From: Mustelus asterias
Taxonomy: Eukaryota
NCBI RefSeq assembly: GCF_964213995.1
Contig: NW_027591003.1
Location: 1-64,000 of the forward strand
Length of the DNA stretch: 64,000 bases
Reading direction: 5' to 3'
Of this stretch, positions 12,683-25,151 are shown piece after piece. The notes under the pieces were generated by a model. It saw only the letters and a program-made list of their open reading frames with translations. It searched no databases and had not been told where the DNA came from. The position numbers and the translations under genes are program-made. Position 1 is the first letter of the stretch. Each line of letters starts with the position of its first letter.

Positions 12683-15059
12683 ATGTTCTGCCTGAGTCAG
12701 AGGTGGGAGAAGATTCCATCAAGAGGAAATTGAATGGGAAGCTGAAGGGAAAATATTGACAGGGTTACGGGGAGAGGGTGGAGGATTGGGAATAGTGAAA
12801 CTGCTCTTGCAGTGTGTCGATCCAGGCTTGACGGGCTGAATGGCCTCCTGTGCTGTCACCATTCTATGATTCACACACAAGTTAACTTCTCAGTGTCTAT
12901 TAGGCCCCACTCGTTCCTCCATGATCAGTTCCAGCATTTCAAGTTCAGATCCCAGTACTTTTTAGTTGGGGGATTGAGGAATAAAACAGAAATAGGAATG
13001 AGAGTGTCAGTGCGCTTATGTTTTTGTATTTCTGTGTGCGTGTGTGGGTGTGTGAGAGAGAGAGAGACAGTTTCTAAGTGTGTGCAAGTGTCTATTTCAA
13101 TGTGTGTTTCTGTGTGTGTGATTGTGTTTCTCTGCGTGTGTCTGTGAGTGAGTGTCTCTGTGTCTGTGTGTGTGTCTCTGTGCATGTGTGTCTGTGAGTG
13201 TGTGTNNNNNNNNNNNNNNNNNNNNNNNNNNNNNNNNNNNNNNNNNNNNNNNNNNNNNNNNNNNNNNNNNNNNNNNNNNNNNNNNNNNNNNNNNNNNNNN
13301 NNNNNNNNNNNNNNNNNNNNNNNNNNNNNNNNNNNNNNNNNNNNNNNNNNNNNNNNNNNNNNNNNNNNNNNNNNNNNNNNNNNNNNNNNNNNNNNNNNNN
13401 NNNNNNNNNNNNNNNNNNNNNNNNNNNNNNNNNNNNNNNNNNNNNNNNNNNNNNNNNNNNNNNNNNNNNNNNNNNNNNNNNNNNNNNNNNNNNNNNNNNN
13501 NNNNNNNNNNNGTGGGGGAGCAGGCTCGATGGGTCAAATGGCCTCCAACTGCACATATTTGAGATTCAAATACATNNNNNNNNNNNNNNNNNNNNNNNNN
13601 NNNNNNNNNNNNNNNNNNNNNNNNNNNNNNNNNNNNNNNNNNNNNNNNNNNNNNNNNNNNNNNNNNNNNNNNNNNNNNNNNNNNNNNNNNNNNNNNNNNN
13701 NNNGACATATTTATTGACCATTTAATGTGACTGAATGCTACACATCCTGGTTTGCCGATGACACAAAACATTAGACAGCATTGTAAGCAGCGTAGCTGGA
13801 AACATCACATTGCAAAGAGTTATTCATATTTTGTACATGGACAAAACTGGTGGAGAGGTTTCAGTGCAGGGAAATGTAAACTGACACAACTTAGATTTAA
13901 AAGGGATAGAACAACGTACTTTAATAAATGATGAAATGACAGAAACAGTGGAAGCTCCAAATGTCCAGATATTTCACAGCTGAATTCGCACAATACACAC
14001 AGCAATGGATCTGATATTGTGGAATTGTTGTAAATGTGGTTAATCTCAGTACGGAGGCTGTCTTCATGTTACAATGTTAATCTGATCACTCTCATCAAAA
14101 CAGACTCAACATTTCTGTACAATGTGAGTGAATCATCAACTCAAATAGTTCAGGTTCAATGTTTAAAATAACCAGTCACTTTTCTGTGGCTGCTTTGGGA
14201 ATGTCAGTGGAATGTAGTTTACAGTCAAGTGTGAACAATTGTATTGGGGAATAATTGGAAGCAGTTTCCATTGAGAGCTTCCTGCATTCTGGAAATGTGT
14301 GTGATCCATTCAGAGATAGGAAATGGACGGATGAATAAAGATGCAGTTTGTTGTTAATTACATGAGATTGTCTGCCTTGAAGATTCACAAGTTCCATGTG
14401 CTGAGAGAAAGGAATGATTAAACAATGTCTATAATTCAAATCCTTCAGACAAGTGAAAAAGCAGGAGAACAACTGAATCCACAAACGCTGCCACAGACAG
14501 TATTCGAAGCTTCAACTTCATGTTTGAATGTGAAGGGCTGATTGAAATAAACAGGAGGCCACACTGGGATGCTGAGCAATTTGATTCCTGTTTTTCCTAA
14601 ACTTCAAAATAAAAATCTGTGCTGAAACATTCCTTGGACAGAGCAGAGGGAATTTTACTCTGTATTTAGCCCATTCCAGTATTTGCGTTGGGAACATTTG
14701 ATGAACAGTGCAGATTAAACATTATTCTTAACCGCTAGAATTTAAGTTGGGGGCTGATTTAATCAAACATTGAAAATAATGAGGGAAAGGGAGAGGCTGA
14801 TAAAGAACAAGTTTTTCTGCTGGCTGGGAACTCCAGGATTTGGGAATATTTGAATGTTAGCCTCAGTTTAGAATTTTAGAATTGTAGAAATGGAAACATT
14901 GCCAGATGTGGTGTGGAGTTAGTTTGAAACAATCTTCTGCAAATGGCTATTGATGCTCAGTCACTTGTTATTATTTTAAATCTGGGGTTGATAGATTTTC
15001 CTTAGTCCAAGGGGTTAAGAGACAGAGAGTTAGATCACAGATCAGCCAGGATCTTATTG

Positions 15060-18000
15060 AATATTGGAACAGGCTTTCAGGAAGATTGTTCCAGATTCCA
15101 AACACCCTCTTGATGAAGTGCTTTTCCTCACTTCACTTCTGATCCATTTCCCCATCATTTAGAATCTGTGCCCTCTAGTTCATGACCATCTCTTGAGAGG
15201 GAAGAGTTTCTCACTCTTTAACCTGTGGATACCCCTTAGGATCTTGAATCTCTCTTTCAAGTCTCACCTCAGCCTTCTTTCCTCCAAGGAAACCAGTCCC
15301 AACCTCTCCAATCTACCCTCGTAGCTACGGATCTTATTCCCTGGAATCATTCTTGTGAATCTCCTCTGCACTCTCTCCAATGTCTTCACATCCCTCCTCA
15401 AATACGGTGCCCAGAACTGGGCGCAGTCTCCAGATGAGGCCTAACAAGTGTCTTATACAAGTTCAATATGAACTCCTTACTCTTGTCCTCAAACCCTCCA
15501 TTAATAAAAGCTGGGATACCATATACTTCATTTACTGCTCTCTCAAAGTGCCCTGCCACCTTCACTGACGTATGTACATATTAGAATCATGGAATCCCTA
15601 CAGTGCAGAAGGAGGCCATACAGCCCATCGAGCCTGCGCTGACAACATTCCCACCCAGGCCCCATCCCCGTGATGCAACGTATTTACCCTGATAATACTG
15701 GCATGAATTGAGAAATGGTTAACGGACAGAAAACAGAGCTTAGGTACAAATGGGTCATTTTCAGGGTGGCAGGCTGTGACCAGCGGCTTATCACAAGGAT
15801 CAGTACTCGGGAGCCCAGCTATTCACAATCCATATCATTGATTTGGACGTTTGGGATCAAATGTAATATTTCCGAGTTTGCAGATGACATGAAAGCAGGT
15901 GGAAGTGTGAGTTGTGAGGAGGATGTAGACTCTTCAAGGGGATGTGGGAGAGGCTGAATTAGTGGTGAAACCACACACGGAGTATTGTGTACAGTTTTAT
16001 CCTCTTACCTAAGGAAAGACATTCTTGTCCGAGAGGGACTTCAATGACATTTCACTGCATTAATTCCTGGGATGGAGGGATTGTCCTCTGAGGAAAGAAA
16101 ATGGACTTTTACTTTATGCACTTGAGAAGCATGAGAGGTGACCTCATTCAAACTTGGACAATTCTTACAGGGCTCAGCAGGGTCGAGTCATAGAGGTTTA
16201 CAGCATGGAAACGCGCTTTGGCTCAACTTGTCCATGCCGCCCAGTTTTTACCATTAAGCTAATCACAATTGCCTGTGTTTCGCCCATATCCCTCTATACC
16301 AATCTTACCCATGTAACTGTCTAAATGCTTTTTAAAACATAAAATTGTACCCGCCCCTACTACTGCCCCTGGCAGCTCATTCCAGACACTCACCACCCTC
16401 TGTGTGAAAAGAATTGCCCTCTGGACCCTTTTGTATCTCTCCCCTCTCACCTTAAACCTATGCCCTCTAGTTTTAGACTCCTCTACCTTTGGGAGAAGAT
16501 ATTGACTATCTAGCTGATCTGTGCCCCTCATTATTTTATAGACCTCTATAAAATCACCCCTCAGTCTTCTACGCTACAGGGAAAAGAGTCCCAGTCTGTA
16601 CAACCTCTCCTTAAAACCCAAACCATCAAGTCCCGGTAGCATCCTAGTAAATCTTTTTTGCACTCTTTCTAGTTTAATAATATCCATTCTAAAATAGGGT
16701 GACCAGAACTGTACACAGTATTCCAAGCGTGGCACGGTAGCACAGTGGTTAGCACTGCTGCTTCACAGCTCCAGGGACCTGGGTTCGATTCCTGGCTTGG
16801 GTCACTGTCTGTGTGGAGTTTGCACTTTCTCCTCGTGTCTGCGTGGGTTTCCTCCGGGTGCTCCGGTTTCCTCCCACAGTCCAAAGATGTGCGGGTTAGG
16901 TTGATTGGCCATGCTAAAAAATTGCCCCTTAGTGTCCTGATATGTGTAGGTTAGAGGGATTAGTGGGTAAAATATGTAGGGATATGGGGGTAGGGCCTGG
17001 GTGGGATTGTGGTCGGTGCAGACTCGATGGGCCGAATGGCCTCTTTCTGTACTGTCGGGTTTCTATGATTTCTATGAATGTCTTGTACAACTTCAACAAG
17101 ACGTCCCAACTCCTGTATTCAATGTTCTGACCAATGAAACCAAGCATGCCGAATGCCTTCTTCACCACTCTGTCCACCTGTGACTCCACTGTCAAGAAGC
17201 TATGAACCTGTACCCCGAGATCTCTTTGTTCTATAACTCTCCCCAACCCCCAAACGTTAGCTGAGTAGATACAGAAAGGATGTTTCCCCCGGCTGGGGCG
17301 GTGGGGGGGGGGAGCGGGGGTGGGGGTGTCTAGAACCATGGCATAGTCGCAGAGTAAGGGGGCAGGACATTTAGGACTGAGATAAGAACATAAGAAATAG
17401 GAGCAGGAGTAGGCCATCTCGCCCCTCGAGCCTGCCCCGCCATTCAATAAGATCATGGCTGATCTGAAGTGGATCAGTTCCACTTACCCGCCTGATCCCC
17501 ATAACCCCTAATTCCCTTACCGATCAGGAATCCATCTCTCCGTGATGTAAACATATTCAACGAGGTAGCCTCCACCACTTCAGTGGGCAGAGAATTCCAG
17601 AGATTCACCACCCTCTGAGAGAAGAAGTTCCTCCTCAACTCTGTCCTAAACTGACCCCCCTTTATTTTGAGGCTGTGCCCTCTAGTTCTAGCTTCCTTTC
17701 TAAGTGGAAAGAATCTCTCCACCTCTACCCTATCCAGCCCCTTCATTATCTTATAGGTCTCCATAAGATCCCCCCCTCAGCCTTCTAAATTCCAACGAGT
17801 TCAAACCCAATCTGCTCAGTCTCTCCTGATAATCAACACCCCTCATCTCTGGTATCAACCTGGTGAACCTTCTCTGCACTCCCTCCAAGGCTAATATATC
17901 CTTCCGCAAATAAGGGGACCAATACTGCACACAGTATTCCAGCTGCGGCCTCACCAATACCCTGTACAGATGCAGCAAGACATCTCTGCTTTTATATTCT

Positions 18001-18938
18001 ATCCCCCTTGCGATATAGGCCAACATCCCATTTGCCTTCCTGATCACCTGTTGCACCTGCAGACTGGGTTTTTGCGTCTCATGCACAAGGACCCCCAGGT
18101 CCCTTTGCACAGTAGCATGTTGTAATTTCTTTCCATTTAGATAATAATCCAATTTGCTATTATTTTCTCCAAAGTGAATAAACTCGCATTTGTCAACGTT
18201 ATACTCCATCTGCCAGTTCCTCGCCCACTCACTCAGCCTGTCCAAATCTCTCTGCAGACCTTCTACGCCCTCCGCACGATTCACTTTTCCACTTATCTTT
18301 GTGACATCTGCAAACTTTGTTACCCTACACTCAGTCCCCTCCTCCAGATCGTCTATATAAAAGGTAAATAGCTGAGGCCTCAGTACCGATCCCTGCAGCA
18401 CGCCACTAGTTACCATCCGCCAACCAGACAAGCACCCATTTATTCCGACTCTCTGCTTCCTGTGAGGAGGAATTTCTTCCCTCAGAGTCATAGAGTGGTA
18501 CAGTGAAGAAAAGGCCCTTCGACCCATTGAGTCTGCACCAACAGTAACTACCACTAAAGTTGTGCTAATCCAATTTTCCATCTCTTGTACCATATCTTTG
18601 AATGTTGTGATGTTTCAAGTGCTCATCCAAATGCTTTTGAAAGGTTGTAAGGTTTCCGACCTCCACTGCCTTCCCAGGCAGTACATTCCTGATTCCCATC
18701 ACCCTCTGAGTGAATGTTTTTCTCAACTCTCTTCTGAATCTCCTGCCCTTTGCCCTAAAACTATGTCCCCTCATGATTGACCCCTCAACCAAGGGGAACA
18801 GCTGTTTCCTATTCACCCTGTCCATACCCCTCATAATCTTATACACCTCAATCAGCCTTCTCTGCTCTAAAGAAAACAATCCAAACCTTTCCAGTCTCTC
18901 CTTATAGCTCAAATACTCCATCCCAGGCAACTTGCTGC
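15060..18938. mobile_element. Nest of CR1 LINE fragments (mostly minus; one plus at ~15700-16185)
   Basis: ORF 17751-18593 is an RT (VTSGVLQGSVL, KFADVTKI, LYRVLVRPQLEYCVQYWSP); also ORFs 16259-16531, 17474-17764 and 18565-19029. Confidence 0.9.
16731..17076 (+). mobile_element. Near full-length HE1 SINE, present in copy A only
   Basis: Head, V-domain and TTCTATGA tail are present. The empty site GCGTGGC-CTTAAC-AATGTC is at ~29326-29344 in copy B. Confidence 0.9.
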
Positions 18939-19818
18939 TCCATATGCGACTGTGAGAATTGTCACAGATCAATCCCAATATCAGTGAGTAATCTCCAATG
19001 CAATAGTTTGTGACCAGGTTGTGCAACATGCATTGAAATGTGGCAATATGGAAGTTGGTTCACTCAGTTGGCTGGACAGCTGGTTTGAGATGCACAAAGT
19101 CTCCAACACGTCATGAAAGCCCAACCCTTTCAACCTTTCCCCTGGCCTGAGGTGTGGTAAATCACCGCCAGTGAGTTCTCCCCCTCAAAGGGGAGAGCAG
19201 CAGATCGTCATCTGGGACTGTGGTCACTTTCCCTTTACCGATGTTCAACTTTATTTCCCTTCCTCAATTTCTGCTCATCTGCAAGAGACTCGAGCGAAAT
19301 TCACCCAATCTTTCAACACCAATATTACACACACAATACTGGAGCAATTGGATATTTCACACAACACCCAATAGCTGGTAACAAGACCAAACAAAAACTG
19401 TTCCAAACAAGAGTGGTGGCACCAGCTGACCCACACAAATATATAACTTGAAAGGAATGTTTGTCTATCCATCCAGCTGACTCTCTTTCTCTGTCTACCT
19501 AACAGAGAGATTTTTCAGTGCAGTAACAACTGAAACAGGGTAAAATGTAGGAATAAGAAAGACAGGAACTTGTGTAAAATAAAACTGAGACACAGGTGAG
19601 TTGAGTAATGAATGAAACAAGGCCGAACACAGCAGTATCTCCGATGATGCTGAATGTAAGAGAAACAGATCAAATCTATTCCTGGGGAAGTGCAGCAACA
19701 GCTTAGAAATTGTCGGGTGTGGTGTAGATAGAGGCATGGCTGCGTGCGTCAATAACTGTGACTTCACTGAGTGCATTGGAAACAGTGACATAGTTGAGTG
19801 AAGCAATAACTAAGTAAA

Positions 19819-20680
19819 CAAAGAACAAAGAACAATACAGCACAGGAACAGGCCCTTCGGCCCTCCAAGCCCGCGCCGCTCCCCGGTCCAGGATTGAATC
19901 CTGAATCCAGGACCCCCGCCCATTTTTCCAGCCTATCTACATACCAATATCCTATCCACCGAGCTGTCCCTCACAGCTACGATGCTTTGTTCATTACAAC
20001 CTATTAACTCACCCCCACCCCCCCATTCCAGACCATGTGATCTCCAGGGAGAGGCGAAAACCCAGAGTGAAAAACCCCAGGGCCAATATGGGGAAAAAGA
20101 ATCTGGGAAATTCCTCTCCGACCCCCTGAGGCGATCGAAACGAGTCCAGGAGATCACAATGGCCCCGATCGGAAAATGCTTCCCAACCCTAGTCATTTCC
20201 ACTTCCACGAACACCATATGAATTGAAACGAGAAACAAGGAACAATTAGCCCGTGCTGCTCCCTGGTCCAAACTAGACCACTCTTTTGTATCCCTCCATT
20301 CCCACTCCGTTCATATAGCTGTCGAGATAAGTCTTAAACGTTCCCAGTGTGTCCGCCTCCACCACCTTGCCCGGCAACACATTCCAGGCCCCCACGACCC
20401 TCTGTGTGAAATATGTCCTTCTGATATCTGTGTTAAACCTCCCCCCCTTCACCTTGAACCTATGACCCCTCGTGAACGTCACCACCGACCCGGGGAAAAG
20501 CTTCCCACCGTTCACCCTATCTATGCCTTTCATAATTTTATACACCTCTATTAAGTCTCCCCTCATCCTCCGTCTTTCCAAGGAGAACAACCCCAGTTTC
20601 CCCAATCTCTCCTCATAACCAAGCCCCTCCATACCAGGCAACATCCTGGTAAACCTCAGGCAACATCCTGGTAAACCTGG
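19819..20680 (-). mobile_element. Young 5'-truncated CR1 insertion, copy A only
   Basis: ORF 20273-20719 is an open ORF2 C-terminus; (CAAAGAA)n tail; GTAAA on both sides; empty site TAAGTAAAGACC at ~36199-36210. Confidence 0.9.
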
Positions 20681-20751
20681 TAAAGACCAATTGTAGTATA
20701 TACAGAGGGATAGCCCCATGCATTAAGAAGAGAAACTGTATCTAGTTTGTA

Positions 20752-21040
20752 GGGGTGGCACAGTGGTTAGCACTGCAGCCTCTCAGCGCCAGGGACCCGG
20801 GTTCGATTCCCGACTTGCGTCACTGTCTGTGTGGAGTCTGCATGTTCTCCCCGTGTCTGGGTTTCCTCCGAGTGCTCCGGTTTCCTCCCACAGTCTGAAA
20901 GACATGCTGTTCGGTGGATTGGCCATGCTAAATTCTCCCTCAGTGAAGCCAAACAGTGCCGGAGTGTGGCAACTAGGGGATTTTCACAGCAACTTCATTG
21001 CAGTGTTAATGTAAGCCTACTTGTGACACTAATAAATAAC
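20752..21040 (+). mobile_element. V-SINE with non-CR1 tail (paralog 36274-36560)
   Basis: tRNA head, V-domain and ...GCCTACTTGTGACACTAATAAATAA tail. Confidence 0.85.
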
Positions 21041-21530
21041 ATTGAAACTGTATGAAGTGTTATATACACAGATACAGTGCTGAGGCAAAGAGAAATGGAG
21101 ACATGCTCCACGTTCATTACCCAGACATGGTCTAGTTTATTTTTTATAAAGAGTGACATGGTTAAATGCAGTGATAATTTAAGCAGGTCCCCTCCCTAAC
21201 AGCACTGTGGGTGTACCTACACCACATAGACAGCAGCGGGTTCAAGACGGCAGCTCACCACCACCTTCTCCAGGGCAACTAGGAATGGGCAATAAATGCT
21301 GACCTAGCCAGTGACACCCACATCACAAGAATCAATAAATATTCATCTAACCCAGCACATTGTCCAATGAAATATCAATCCATACATGGTATTAATACAG
21401 TGAGAACTCAAAAAGGGTTGATTGTAGTGTCCACAGCAGCATGGTGTAATGTAGTATTCACTGAGACAACTGAGCGTATAAACAGCGACTGGGTTGAGTG
21501 CAGTGATAACTGGGAAAGGAGCGAATGTCC

Positions 21531-21721
21531 GGGATTCTCCGGCTGTTCACTCGTGGGGAATTCTCTGCTCTCGTACCCCTGCCTCTGGTTTCCTGCTAGC
21601 GTGAGGTGACTTCAATGGGAAATCCCATTGACAGCGACAGGACCAAAAACTCCCTCTGCTAGTGAACGGTGTGTCACCTCTCACTGCCCAGAAAGCTGCT
21701 GAGGGGAGACTGGAGGATCCC
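21531..21721. mobile_element. MITE-like element (paralog ~37051-37241)
   Basis: Ends GGGATTCTCC / GGAGGATCCC (9/10 inverted match); central hairpin TCAATGGGA-AA-TCCCATTGA. Confidence 0.5.
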
Positions 21722-21817
21722 AGAAACTATGTTAAAAATAGCCACATTGGCAACAGCAGGAAAATATTACATCCCAAACTCAGTAATATTCACAATGATA
21801 TTCTCCAATCAGCTGAA

Positions 21818-22302
21818 GGGCAGCATTTACTGATACAAGACCCAGATTGTAATAACTGAGGGAGGTTTCGGGCAGAGATTACTGATACAAGGCCCAGATT
21901 GTAATAACTGAGGGAGGTTTCGGGCAGAGATTACTGATACAAAGCCCAGATTGTAATAACTGAGGGAGGTTTCGGGCAGAGATTACTAATAACAGGCCCA
22001 GATTGTAATAACTGAGAGGTTTCGGGCAGAGTTTACTGATACCAGGCCCAGATTGTAATAACTGAGAGAGGTTTCGGGCAGAGATTACTGATACAAGGCC
22101 CAGATTGTAATAACTGAGAGAGGTTTCGGGCAGAGATTACTGATACAAGGCCCATATTGTAATAACTGAGAGAGGTTTCGGGCAGAGATTACTGATACAA
22201 GGCCCAGATTGTAATAACTGAGAGAGGTTTCGGGCAGAGATTACTGATACAAGGCCCATATTGTAATAACTGAGAGAGGTTTCGGGCAGAGTTTACTGAT
22301 AC
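21818..22302. repeat. 52-bp minisatellite, ~9 units
   Basis: Unit GGGCAGAGATTACTGATACAAGGCCCAGATTGTAATAACTGAGAGAGGTTTC. Confidence 0.95.
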
Positions 22303-23179
22303 ATGATCCGGCAGGATTTACTGTTTGATAATCCAGCTGTTTGGCCCCGTTATGAGCACACCTTCCATGGCCATCAAGTCCGGAAGTCGGCCTTGAACCC
22401 TTGAAGAATGAGAGGCGATCCCATTGAAACAGACTTAAAATTCTTACAGGGAGTGACAGGGTGGATGTAGATTGGATGTTTCCCCTGGCTGGTGAGACTA
22501 GAACCAGGGGACACAATCTCAGAATCAGGGGCAGACCATTGAAGACTGAGATAACANNNNNNNNNNNNNNNNNNNNNNNNNNNNNNNNNNNNNNNNNNNN
22601 NNNNNNNNNNNNNNNNNNNNNNNNNNNNNNNNNNNNNNNNNNNNNNNNNNNNNNNNNNNNNNNNNNNNNNNNNNNNNNNNNNNNNNNNNNNNNNNNNNNN
22701 NNNNNNNNNNNNNNNNNNNNNNNNNNNNNNNNNNNNNNNNNNNNNNNNNNNNNNNNNNNNNNNNNNNNNNNNNNNNNNNNNNNNNNNNNNNNNNNNNNNN
22801 NNNNNNNNNNNNNNNNNNNNNNNNNNNNNNNNNNNNNNNNNNNNNNNNNNNNNNNNNNNNNNNNNNNNNNNNNNNNNNGTGTGCGTGTTTTGTGTGTGTG
22901 CGTGTTTTGTGTGTGTTGGTGTGTGCGTGTTTTGTGTGCGTACGTGCCCCATGATCTGTTTGGATGCTGGCGCAGGATCGATGGGCCAAATGGCCTACAC
23001 CTGCTCCTATTTTCCTTTGAGTTTTAAATACATTGACACACACACCGGAGTGTGGGCGACTAGGGGATTCTCACAGTAACTTCATTGTAGTGTTAATGTA
23101 AGCCTACTTCTGAGACTAATAAATAAACTGAAACTGAAGGTCAAGGTGCTGCTGTGACAATGCACTCTTGTTTAAACAC

Positions 23180-23560
23180 TCTGCAATGCTGAGACTGGGA
23201 GAAGTGACCAACAGGGGGCAGCATTGCAGCTTCTGTCCCCCTATTGAAACTGGGATTGTTGCTCCATCTGCTGCACAATCCCAACCCCATCCACTGGGGG
23301 CAACCTGGACAATGGCTGCAGACAGACCTCACTGCGCATGCGAGGCAATGACACCCACCGCCGGCGGCCATTTTGCGTTGCCAAGGGAGACGGCCAGCGG
23401 CCATATTCCGTTGCCAACGGAGATGGCGGCGACCATCTTGCGTTGCCAGGGGAGACGGCATCGATGCGGCGGCGTCCCGCGCGCTGACCTCTGGGTGCAT
23501 TCCCGTCCCGCACATGCGCACAGGCAGCCCCCGGCAGCGTCACAGCGACGCCTGGTGGCC
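23180..23560. promoter_or_regulatory. CpG-rich promoter-like island with CTCF, NRF1 and three YY1+RFX modules
   Basis: CCAACAGGGGGCAG (23208), TGCGCATGCG (23333), three ~32-bp units GCGGCCATTTTG-CGTTGCCAAGGGAGAC (23364-23460), GCACATGCGCA. Motif matches only. Confidence 0.6.
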
Positions 23561-24356
23561 AGGAAGGGCAATAGCAGCAGCACAGTCTCTGCCCAAAGGC
23601 TTCCCCAGTTCAGCTGCTCAGAGACACTGGGAATGTCTTCAAGTGGAAACTTCAGCTTCTCACATTCACCCCCTGTGTTCAGTCATTGTTTCCTAGACAA
23701 CCTCTGTAGTCACATCACAAACAACTTGTTCACACTGAAGGCCATGGCAATCTGGACCATTCGGCTTCAAAGCCATTGAGCTTTGAAACTTCAATTGAAA
23801 TGTTGGAGATGAGAGTTTATCGATGCAAGTCATGTTGCATGTGGAACGCTCATGATGCCACAATTAGAGCGGTGCAGACATCTCACAGGGTTGTGTGACT
23901 GGAGGAGATGTCAGAGACGGGCTGGTTAAATATAGAGGGACAGGGTCTGAAGCTAAGTTTTGGGTAAAAGATGGCAGTAATGTTGTGACATTAATTTAGC
24001 TTCAGATAGTTGCTGGGGAGGGGGATAGAGAGGTTGGGGAGTGATGTTTGTATTGGGGCAATCTCTCTCTCTCTCTCATCATGTATAGATATGAATCCAT
24101 CTCTCACTCTCTATCTCTCTTTACCCATTGTGTCCAGAGTCTTGTGAAGGCGCAGGCCGGTGGCAGGTTCTGTTTCCTGAAGGACATTACCGAACCTGTC
24201 AGATTATTGTGACAATCCAGTAGTTTTCATGATCACTTTTTCCGAGTGGCGGCCCCACAAATGATCAGATTCATTCAGCTCAATTTCACAATCTGCCTTT
24301 GTGTTTTTGTGGGTTCTCTCTCACTTCCTTTTTTCTGTTCGAACTCAATTTCCCAG

Positions 24357-25055
24357 GGTTTTAGAAGAGGAGGATTTGCAGTTTGGAAACTGAAACCAAA
24401 TATGATATCGAAACCTGCTGGAGTTAGCCAATTTATTGTAACCTGAATATCATTGTGTTTTGAACGTGGACGGAAAAAGCACCGTTTTTAGGGGAGAGAA
24501 CCTGTACACATGGTCTGTGTGTGGACAAGACTTCAGCCAATCATCCAGCCTTTCAGAACATAATTGCAGTCACAACAGGGAGAAGCTGTGGAAATGTGGG
24601 GACTGTGGGAAGGGATTCGATTACCCACCCCAGCTGGAGATTCATCGGGGCAGTCACAGTGGGGAGAGACCATTCACCTGCTCCCAGTGTGGGAAGGGAT
24701 TCACTCAGTCCAACAGCTTACATATACACCAGAGAACTCACACTGAGGAGAGGTCATTCACCTGCTCCCAGTGTGGGAGGGGATTCACTCAGTCAAACAG
24801 CTTACATATACACCAGAGAACTCACACTGAGGAGAGGTCATTCACCTGCTCCCAGTGTGGGAGGGGATTCACTCAGTCAAACAGCTTACATATACACCAG
24901 AGAACTCACACTGAGGAGAGGTCATTCACCTGCTCCCAGTGTGGAAAGGGATTCATTACCTCATCCCATCTGCTGAAACATGGGCGAATCCACACTGGAG
25001 AGAGGCCGTTCACTTGCTGTGTGTGTGTGAAGAGATTCACTCAGTCTTCAAACCT
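24357..25055 (+). pseudogene. C2H2 (Kruppel-type) zinc-finger gene, terminal exon, truncated probable pseudogene
   Basis: Acceptor ...AATTTCCCAG at 24356. ORF 24460-25260 has one degenerate finger (Cys to Trp), five complete fingers and a seventh cut after FTQSSNL. No in-frame ATG (GTG at 24466); eroded TEERSF linkers. Confidence 0.85.
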
Positions 25056-25114
25056 CTTTATATGCCCTGTTTGCCCTGTCTTTATATGCCCTGTTTGTGA
25101 ACAGAATTCTCACT

Positions 25115-25151
25115 CACCTGAAGAAGGGGCTTGGAGCTCCGAAAGCTTGTG
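25115..25151 (+). ncRNA. Minimal hammerhead ribozyme, second copy, in a 5'-clipped Penelope end (25077-25247)
   Basis: Same sequence as 12550-12586. Confidence 0.7.

Larger units (their letters stand above)
12512..24160 (+). repeat. Segmental duplication copy A
   Basis: Near-identical to 25077-46845 (identical ORF translations, e.g. 14176-14484 vs 26775-27083). It has two deletions and two extra insertions relative to B. Confidence 0.95.

Noticed and set aside
16731-16800. tRNA genes (A/B boxes, GGTTCGATTCC)
   Set aside because: tRNA-derived SINE heads continuing into the V-domain.
23141-23779. Overlapping 100-200 aa ORFs (also 45859-46465)
   Set aside because: GC-rich island; frames are not conserved between the two copies; no recognisable domain.
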